In this document: in pieces, positions 57,577 through 63,722 of the stretch
Numbering within the stretch: the stretch's first letter is position 1
Layout: the number at the start of each line of letters is the position of its first letter
Origin: Candidatus Falkowbacteria bacterium
Lineage (GTDB): Bacteria > Patescibacteriota > Patescibacteriia > Patescibacteriales > UBA12465
Reading direction: 5' to 3'
DNA: 64,000 bases
NCBI GenBank assembly: GCA_037132255.1
Contig: JBAXPN010000001.1
Location: 81,020 to 145,019 of the forward strand
Position numbers and translations under genes: made by a program
The notes under the pieces: model-generated
Told to the model about the DNA's origin: nothing
Databases searched by the model: none
What the model saw: only the letters and a program-made list of their open reading frames with translations

Positions 57577-57605
57577 AAAATAGGCTAATGTTAGCCTATT
57601 TTTTG
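57577..57605 (+). terminator. intrinsic terminator after tRNA-Asn
   Basis: AATAGGCTA-ATGT-TAGCCTATT followed by TTTTT. Confidence 0.7.
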
Positions 57606-57643
57606 TTAAAAACCAGTAGGATAAATTACATTTAGGTCAAATG

Positions 57644-57664
57644 GTGACGTTAATGTGACGTAAA
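57644..57664. repeat. tandem direct repeat GTGACGTWAA x2 (11-bp register) flanked by the inverted ACCAGT/ACTGGT pair
   Basis: GTGACGTTAA (57644-57653) and GTGACGTAAA (57655-57664). AAAACCAGTAGG at ~57608 is inverted relative to AAAAACTGGTAA at ~57671. Confidence 0.4.
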
Positions 57665-57698
57665 AGTAGTAAAAACTGGTAATTAAACGTTATTGTGT

Positions 57699-57727
57699 TT
57701 GACCCAATATTTTTTAAGTGTTAATAT
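57699..57727 (+). promoter_or_regulatory. putative promoter of the arsR operon
   Basis: TTGACC (57699-57704), a 17-nt spacer, then TAATAT (57722-57727). Confidence 0.45.
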
Positions 57728-57746
57728 ATCAATATATATTGATATA
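57725..57746. promoter_or_regulatory. perfect 22-bp palindrome; candidate ArsR/SmtB operator
   Basis: TATATCAATAT|ATATTGATATA overlaps the -10 element and the predicted TSS. It ends 4 nt before the arsR ATG. Confidence 0.55.
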
Positions 57747-57750
57747 ACAT

Positions 57751-58065
57751 ATGATAAATAAAACTTGTATAAATAAAAAATCGTCTTTAGAGTTTGGTGA
57801 ATTATCCAAATTACTTAAGGTTGTTGGCGAAGAGAATCGTCTTAGAATCCTCTGTCTTTTAAAGGGCGGGGAACGTTGCGTTTGTGAGATTTTTGAAAAT
57901 TTAGAATTATCACAGAATTTAGTTTCTAGTCATCTTAAAGTCTTGAAAAATCTAGATTTAATTGCGCTTAGACAGGAAAAGCAAAAGAACTATTATTCTA
58001 TAAATAAAAAAGTATTTAAAAAATATAACTTATCATTAACTAAATTTTTCAAAAGCTATGAGTAG
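57751..58065 (+). CDS. ArsR/SmtB-family metal(loid)-responsive transcriptional repressor
   Basis: 104 aa winged HTH. LRILCLLKGGERCVCEIFENLELSQNLVSSHLKVLKNLDLI, with CVC in the alpha3 sensing position as in ELCVCDL. Confidence 0.88.
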   Translation: MINKTCINKKSSLEFGELSKLLKVVGEENRLRILCLLKGGERCVCEIFENLELSQNLVSSHLKVLKNLDLIALRQEKQKNYYSINKKVFKKYNLSLTKFFKSYE

Positions 58066-59209
58066 AAAAATAAATTGGCATTATTTAAGAAGATTATCAC
58101 AAGTAGTCGTTATCGCTTTGGTACTATACTTAACTCTTAGACATTTGAATTTAGGAATTGAAAAGGCGGCACCAATTGACGCTTATTGCCCATTTGGAGG
58201 TTTTGAAAGTCTGCTAACATACTTAACTACCGGAGCTTTCTTAAATAGAATTTTGCTTAGCTCATTTACGCTACTAGCTGTAGTTTTAATTTTTACTATC
58301 TTCTTCGGTCGGGTTTTTTGCGGATATTTTTGTCCGCTTGGTGCTCTTCAAGAAATGATTAGGGGCCTTGGTCGAAAACTAGGTATCAAAAAAGATTTAG
58401 AACTTCCAGCTATTATTGATAAATATGGTCGTTATCTAAAATATTTAATTTTATTAGTAATTTTAGTTCTATCTTATAAACTTGGGGATTTAGTTTTTAG
58501 AAATTACGATCCTTATAACGCTTTAATGCATTTAGGTAATGAATGGGAAGAAAAGGTTTATGGTTATAGTATTTTAATTATTCTACTAATCGCTTCTTTG
58601 TTTACTAAAAGTTTTTGGTGTAGATATTTTTGTCCACTCGGAGCAACTTTAGGAGTTGTTAAGAAAATTAGCTTTTTTAGATTGAAAAGAGATAAAAAAA
58701 CTTGTGTATCATGTAATCATTGTAATTACGTTTGCCCAGCTGGGCTTGATGTAGCTAATAGTGATTCGGTCAAATCGGCTGATTGTATTAGTTGTTTAAA
58801 TTGTGTTAGTGGTTGTCCAGAAAAAAGTTTAACTGTTTCTATTTTTGGTAAAACAATATCTAAAAATAGATTTAGTATTATGGTCGTTGTTCTTTTTGCT
58901 GTTGTTATTTTAGGGGCATCATTATCTCCTTTATGGCTACAAAAAACAGAATCAAACGTTAAAGATGTTAAGGGGCAAATTAATGTTGAAAATATTAGAG
59001 GAAGTAATACCTTGGAATTTGTTATTAAAGAGAGCGGTTTACCATTTACGGCCTTTCAGACAGAATTTAACCTACCAGCCGACATCGATCAAGCTATAAT
59101 GTTAAAAGAAATGGCATCAAAATACGGATTAAAGAATAAGGCTGGTGAGCCATTGGAAACTGAGGACTTCCGTAAATTTATTGAAAATAATTTAATGAGT
59201 AAAAATTAA
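58058..59209 (+). CDS. membrane-bound polyferredoxin (NapH/YccM/NosR-like 4Fe-4S protein) with an extra C-terminal TM helix and soluble domain
   Basis: 383 aa. TM-embedded CPFGG, FCGYFCPLGA and WCRYFCPLGA motifs. There are two ferredoxin motifs, CVSCNHCNYVCP and CISCLNCVSGCP. It overlaps the arsR stop by 8 nt. Confidence 0.8.
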   Translation: MSRKINWHYLRRLSQVVVIALVLYLTLRHLNLGIEKAAPIDAYCPFGGFESLLTYLTTGAFLNRILLSSFTLLAVVLIFTIFFGRVFCGYFCPLGALQEMIRGLGRKLGIKKDLELPAIIDKYGRYLKYLILLVILVLSYKLGDLVFRNYDPYNALMHLGNEWEEKVYGYSILIILLIASLFTKSFWCRYFCPLGATLGVVKKISFFRLKRDKKTCVSCNHCNYVCPAGLDVANSDSVKSADCISCLNCVSGCPEKSLTVSIFGKTISKNRFSIMVVVLFAVVILGASLSPLWLQKTESNVKDVKGQINVENIRGSNTLEFVIKESGLPFTAFQTEFNLPADIDQAIMLKEMASKYGLKNKAGEPLETEDFRKFIENNLMSKN

Positions 59210-59223
59210 TTAATAATAATTAT

Positions 59224-60120
59224 ATGTTTAAAAATAATGAAGGAGTTTTAGATCGATTAATAAGGGTGGCGCTTGCTGAAATATTTTTTATTTTAGCATT
59301 GTTTTGGTTTGGCGGCGTTACACAAATTATTTTATATGTTTTAAGTTTAATGATGGTCGTTACGGCCGGAATTGGTTTTTGCGGCCTATATAAAATATTT
59401 AGCTTTAGTACTAATAAAAATGAAAAGAAGCTATCAAGAATAGTAATGGCTGTTTTTGCTATTATTTTTTTAGTAATCGCCGTCGGCGGTGTTTATGCTA
59501 GTAGTTTTTTTAGCAAGAAATTTTTTATTGAAGATTTTAATTCAATGAATAATAATTATAAACAAACTTTATACTATACTGGGCAAGATAACAGAGCGGA
59601 GAGTACCGCTAATTATGAAAAATTAGTTAGTTCATTCTCGGTATTCAAAAATAAGTATAATACATATAAGCCAGTAGCAATTCGCTCGGACTTAAAATTT
59701 AATTTTGATTTAGAAAAAGTTAGCCAGCTTATTGCGAACTCTAAAGACGAAATTTATAATGGAGATTTAAAAACTTTGCATTATAAACTAGAATCGATTC
59801 GTTTATCATTTCAAGAGATTCTTAAAAGAAATAACTTCTCAATGTTAGGTATGGCTTTGTCTGATTTTCATGATGCCATGGAAGTGGCTGCGGAGGCGGC
59901 TGATAGTAAAAAACCCGATTTAGTAATTAGCGCTTATCCTGAAATTGACACCCGTTTGAAGGCAGTTGAAGAAATGGCTAATGATTCTGAAATTCAAGGA
60001 ATTAGAGCTAGCTTAGAAACATTGGTCACTTCAGCAAAAAATAACAAGCTTGATGATTTACCAAAACAAGGAGCTGATTTAAAATCTAGCTTTATTAAAG
60101 TTTATCTAAAAAGAGGTTAA
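59224..60120 (+). CDS. DUF2892 (YgaP-like TM hairpin) protein fused to a ~200-aa helical domain of unknown function
   Basis: N-terminal LDRLIRVALAE...TAGIGFCGLYKIF is typical of DUF2892. A third TM helix is followed by a helical domain with two HxxxE motifs (HYKLE, HDAME). Confidence 0.6.
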   Translation: MFKNNEGVLDRLIRVALAEIFFILALFWFGGVTQIILYVLSLMMVVTAGIGFCGLYKIFSFSTNKNEKKLSRIVMAVFAIIFLVIAVGGVYASSFFSKKFFIEDFNSMNNNYKQTLYYTGQDNRAESTANYEKLVSSFSVFKNKYNTYKPVAIRSDLKFNFDLEKVSQLIANSKDEIYNGDLKTLHYKLESIRLSFQEILKRNNFSMLGMALSDFHDAMEVAAEAADSKKPDLVISAYPEIDTRLKAVEEMANDSEIQGIRASLETLVTSAKNNKLDDLPKQGADLKSSFIKVYLKRG

Positions 60121-60122
60121 TT

Positions 60123-61388
60123 ATGAATATTTCTTACCTAGAATCAGATGCTGAATTTGCGTCACTTAAAGAAACTTCACAAATTTTAGTAGTGGATTTT
60201 TATTCAGATGAGTGTCCACCCTGTGAAAAATTAGCACCAATTTATGAAAATGTGGCTAAGATTTATTCTTCGGTCAAATTTGTAAAAGTATTTCGTCAAC
60301 AGCATAGAGAATTGGCAGTATCGTTAGGCGTCAGTGGCTCACCAACTGTACTATTCTTTAAAGACGAAAAATTACTTGAACCACGTTTGTCTGGTGATAT
60401 TGAAGAAAAAGAACTTACTTCAATTTTAGCATCATTGGGGGCGGAAAGAGATTCAAACACAATAGTTGATAATCAAAAAACAGAGCAATATGATCTCTGT
60501 ATTATTGGCAATGGACCGGCGGGAATGACCGCGGCAATTTATGCGGCTCGTTATAAAGTTAATCAGGTATTGATTGGAGATCTCCCTGGTGGTCTAATGA
60601 CATCGTCTCATAAGATTTGTAATTTTCCATCGGAGATAGAAATCTCAGGGATGGATTTAAGCCAGAAAATGGTCAACCAAGTTAATGCTCTAGAAGTGCC
60701 TCAAAAATTAACATCAGTTATTTCTATAAATCAGGTAGATAAAATCTATGAGATTGTTTTATCAAGCGGTGAAACTGTTAAAGCCAAAACAGTATTACTA
60801 GCTACTGGAACTAAACATCGACACTTGGGTTTACCTAATGAAAAATCATTAACTGGAAGAGGTGTTTCATATTGTGCCACTTGTGATGCTTTGTTTTATA
60901 AAGATAAAACCGTTGCGGTAATTGGTGGTAGTGATAGCGCTAATACAGCTTCAATATATTTATCACAAATAGCCAGTAAAGTTTATCAAATTTATCGAGG
61001 TGAGGCTTTGCGTGGCGAAACTGCCTGGATTGATCAGATAAAAACTAATGAAAAAATAAGTGTCATTTTGAAAACCGAGCTTGTAGAATTATTGGGAGAG
61101 AATAAATTAACTGGCATTAAATTAAGTAATAACGATGAATTAGCGGTTGATGGTGTATTCATTGAGGTTGGCTCTGAGCCAGACTTAGATTTAATTAATC
61201 AATTATCCTTAGAAACAGATAAGGGACATTATATAGTGACCAAAGAAAATCAGACGACTAGTCGAGAAGGTGTTTGGGCAGCCGGTGACATAACCACTAA
61301 TTCAAATTCATTTAGACAGATTGTAACGGCTTGTTCGGAGGGAGCGATAGCAGCTGAAAACATTTTTAAGTATCTTCAAGTTAATTAA
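60123..61388 (+). CDS. thioredoxin-fold domain (CPPC) fused N-terminally to a low-Mr thioredoxin reductase-like flavoenzyme (CATC)
   Basis: 421 aa. Trx part: VVDFYSDECPPCEKLAP...GSPTVLFF. TrxR part: IIGNGPAGMTAAIYAARY, CATCDALFY, VIGGSDSA and WAAGD. Confidence 0.88.
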   Translation: MNISYLESDAEFASLKETSQILVVDFYSDECPPCEKLAPIYENVAKIYSSVKFVKVFRQQHRELAVSLGVSGSPTVLFFKDEKLLEPRLSGDIEEKELTSILASLGAERDSNTIVDNQKTEQYDLCIIGNGPAGMTAAIYAARYKVNQVLIGDLPGGLMTSSHKICNFPSEIEISGMDLSQKMVNQVNALEVPQKLTSVISINQVDKIYEIVLSSGETVKAKTVLLATGTKHRHLGLPNEKSLTGRGVSYCATCDALFYKDKTVAVIGGSDSANTASIYLSQIASKVYQIYRGEALRGETAWIDQIKTNEKISVILKTELVELLGENKLTGIKLSNNDELAVDGVFIEVGSEPDLDLINQLSLETDKGHYIVTKENQTTSREGVWAAGDITTNSNSFRQIVTACSEGAIAAENIFKYLQVN

Positions 61389-61549
61389 AAATATTTAACT
61401 CATTAAACAGGTTCTAATAAGCTTCAGCTCGCGGCGCATCAATATAAAAATGAGCAGAAATGCCCGTTTTTATTATATAAAATCAGTTCGAAAATAACAC
61501 TATATTTTTATAATCTTAGCAAACTGCCTGGTTTTATTGGCTTAAATAA

Positions 61550-61559
61550 GTTCGAATCC
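61550..61559 (+). repeat. tRNA T-loop-like fragment (GTTCGAATCC)
   Basis: 10/10 identity to tRNA-Asn positions 57549-57558. The flanks do not fold into a T arm. Confidence 0.25.
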
Positions 61560-61602
61560 ATCGCTCTGTTCTTTACAAAAAAATATTTTAAAATATATAA
61601 AT

Positions 61603-61632
61603 AAAAAGACCAGAAGTGTCATACCTCTGGTC
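61603..61632 (-). terminator. intrinsic terminator of the 61655-62143 minus-strand gene
   Basis: GACCAGA (61608-61614) pairs with TCTGGTC (61626-61632). On the minus strand the stem is followed by TTTTT. It lies 23 nt past the stop. Confidence 0.65.
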
Positions 61633-61654
61633 AATTATCTTTTTAGTTTGAATA

Positions 61655-62143
61655 TTAACCGTTTAAAGATTTTTCAAACTCTTTACAATAAGCTAAGTAT
61701 TGTTCACGTTCTTTTTCTGCCTTCATTTGTAGTCCTTTTTCTCTTTTGTCGATTGAGGGCATTAAATCTTGAAAATACATAGTCAGTTCTTGTTCTTCTG
61801 TTAAACGGTAGATAGTATATGTTGTAACAACTTGATCACTTTCTTTTACCGTTTTACTAATAATAAGGTGCGATGGAACAGTATCTTTTTGCAGTTTTTT
61901 TAAAATTTTTAAAGTAGCATTATAAACACCTTGATTTGCTTTAAGCGGGATATCAATTATACCTAGCTCAACTGACCAAATCTTGTATGATTTATTACAA
62001 TCTTCTCTAGAGAGAACAGTGGAGTTAATTTCTTGTTTAGAGAAGATAATCTCTGAAACATAAGTTTTCTCGTTAGAAACGTAAGGCTTCTTTGCAAAAA
62101 TTTTGGTAAGAGCCATGACACCGATTTTATTAATACTATTCAT
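61655..62143 (-). CDS. hypothetical protein (orphan)
   Basis: 162 aa, soluble, with a C-terminal charged helix (KREKGLQMKAEKEREQYLAYCKEFEK). No motif recognised. Confidence 0.5.
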   Translation of the reverse strand: MNSINKIGVMALTKIFAKKPYVSNEKTYVSEIIFSKQEINSTVLSREDCNKSYKIWSVELGIIDIPLKANQGVYNATLKILKKLQKDTVPSHLIISKTVKESDQVVTTYTIYRLTEEQELTMYFQDLMPSIDKREKGLQMKAEKEREQYLAYCKEFEKSLNG

Positions 62144-62384
62144 TTGTTAAAGGATTTTATCGCTACGGGCGAAACCGAAATTATTTTTTTCCGTTTGGCA
62201 TTCAGGGAGTGTCTTTATTCACCCTATATCTACTAATTAGGGAAGCAGAATAACCTTGAGACTATGGTATCACAATATAACATATTTGTCAATCAGTAGG
62301 GCAACGGTTACAATAAATCAGTATCCAAATTTTCTCCATAATTAGCCAGTGAAGTTCGGAAGCCGTCTCTCCAAGCGAGCAATA

Positions 62385-62413
62385 TTGACAAAAAAGTATA
62401 CTTATGGTATGCT
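62385..62413 (+). promoter_or_regulatory. sigma70-type promoter with an extended -10
   Basis: TTGACA (62385-62390), a 17-nt spacer ending TGG, then TATGCT (62408-62413). It lies upstream of the 62461 gene. Confidence 0.5.
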
Positions 62414-62460
62414 TTTTTTGTTAGTTAAAGTAGCATTGTCGAACATTAAAAAATAACGCC

Positions 62461-62691
62461 ATGAATTTAGAAGAAAGAAGAAACAAATTAGCGAAGACTG
62501 ATAAACGTAACTCAGGAATTGTAACTTCGCCCGCGTTTGCGATGGTATCACTTATGCTTATTGGAGAAATAACAAATGTTGAAATAAAAATGGGTTCAGC
62601 CACTTTTTTTATCAGCCTGGCAATTTTACTCGCGATTGGTTATTTGGTTGGGTATTATTTACCTCGCAAATTGCGAAAACAAATTTGCTAG
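62461..62691 (+). CDS. hypothetical small membrane protein
   Basis: 76 aa with a basic N-terminus, 2 hydrophobic helices and a basic tail (RKLRKQIC). Confidence 0.45.
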   Translation: MNLEERRNKLAKTDKRNSGIVTSPAFAMVSLMLIGEITNVEIKMGSATFFISLAILLAIGYLVGYYLPRKLRKQIC

Positions 62692-62750
62692 TAAATAGCG
62701 AAAAAGAAAATTGGTTTAATCAAAAAAAATTTGAACCTAATTTAAAATAT

Positions 62751-62785
62751 AACCGCAGTCATCTGATGATCGCGGTTTTATATTT
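62751..62785 (+). terminator. terminator-like hairpin after the 62461 gene
   Basis: AACCGC..TCATC-T-GATGA..GCGGTT followed by TTATATTT. Confidence 0.45.
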
Positions 62786-62865
62786 CTAAAAACTAGTTAG
62801 TTCTTCTATTTCTTTCTTAATATTTATCCAGTTTTGAGTTCTGAATTCGTCCACGAAAGGGAGCC

Positions 62866-62890
62866 AACGTAGATTAAGCGAGGTTAAAGC
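62866..62890 (+). terminator. orphan intrinsic terminator (no upstream plus-strand ORF)
   Basis: AAGCGAGG-TTAAAG-CCTCGCTT followed by TTT (the T-run ends at 62890). Confidence 0.5.
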
Positions 62891-62949
62891 CTCGCTTTTT
62901 ATTTGCCCCTTGTCTGTTTTAGCCGTTATAATTATTAATTATTGAAATT

Positions 62950-62981
62950 AAAAGAAAACCCCGCGGACAGTTGTTGCGAGG
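62950..62981 (-). terminator. intrinsic terminator of the 63004-63231 minus-strand gene
   Basis: On the minus strand, CCTCGC...GCGGGG (one G:U pair) is followed by TTTTCTTTT. Confidence 0.5.
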
Positions 62982-63003
62982 TTATTTAAGGAAACATATT
63001 GTA

Positions 63004-63231
63004 CTATTCTTCGTCGAAAATAATGAAGGACGTGCCTCTAATGGCAAGCAGCCATAATGTAATTACGACGATGGGGTTTTTTAAAATGAACAGAAATAAT
63101 TTTATTATTATTGAATTATCGTGCGGAGAAAGATATCCATATTCTCCGTAAATAATAAAGCAACAACATAAGATTAAAATTACGAACGACATGATTCCCA
63201 GGCATCTCATAGTTTTTTCAGTAGTACTCAT
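63004..63231 (-). CDS. hypothetical small membrane protein
   Basis: 75 aa with 2 TM helices and a CCC motif in TM1. It is preceded by GGAGGG 8 nt upstream of the ATG, a rare strong SD in this window. Confidence 0.55.
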   Translation of the reverse strand: MSTTEKTMRCLGIMSFVILILCCCFIIYGEYGYLSPHDNSIIIKLFLFILKNPIVVITLWLLAIRGTSFIIFDEE

Positions 63232-63563
63232 GATAGGAGCCCTCCGCGGCCCATGATATAGTTTGTTTGCAATTTTTTGTCTAGTTTAATAATATCATAT
63301 TTTATCAATAATGTCAATAGATAATAAACACCTATATATCATGGGGCTTATTTACCAGCAATTATTGCACTTTTCGTGCTATTTTTTTTATGGACGTGAA
63401 GTATATATAAAAAACATTTGGTTTGAAAGAAATACACATGGCTGGGGCTGGCATCCTAGTTCTTGGCAAGGAAGGCTTGTATTATTTCTAACTTCACCCA
63501 CGACGCGGAGCCAACACATTTTTTGTGCTGTTGACCGAGATACTTCTCGTAAGACAAGCCAAA

Positions 63564-63599
63564 AACAAAAAAACATGACTTACGTCATGTTTTTTTGTT
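63564..63599. terminator. perfect 16-bp hairpin; bidirectional terminator-like
   Basis: AACAAAAAAACATGAC-TTAC-GTCATGTTTTTTTGTT. The A-run and T-run lie inside the arms. Confidence 0.55.
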
Positions 63600-63643
63600 G
63601 GAGTCAAATGAGTAAAAACAGGCTTAAATAAGAGAGATTATTA

Positions 63644-63655
63644 GTTCGAATCTGA
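63644..63655 (+). repeat. tRNA T-loop-like fragment (GTTCGAATCTGA)
   Basis: 11/12 identity to tRNA-Asn 57549-57560 (GTTCGAATCCGA). It is not foldable as a tRNA. Confidence 0.25.
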
Positions 63656-63722
63656 ACTCTATTTAAAAAAATGAGCATGTGCGGTCATTTTTTTATTACT
63701 TTTATTATTTATTGAAATTTCT

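Noticed and set aside
61484-61560. Possible pseudo-tRNA around the GTTCGAA words at 61484, 61550 and 63644.
   Set aside because: The flanking bases do not pair into T stems (ATAAG/CCATC, ATTAG/CTGAA), and no acceptor or anticodon arms can be drawn. They are kept only as possible att-site remnants, not as tRNA genes.
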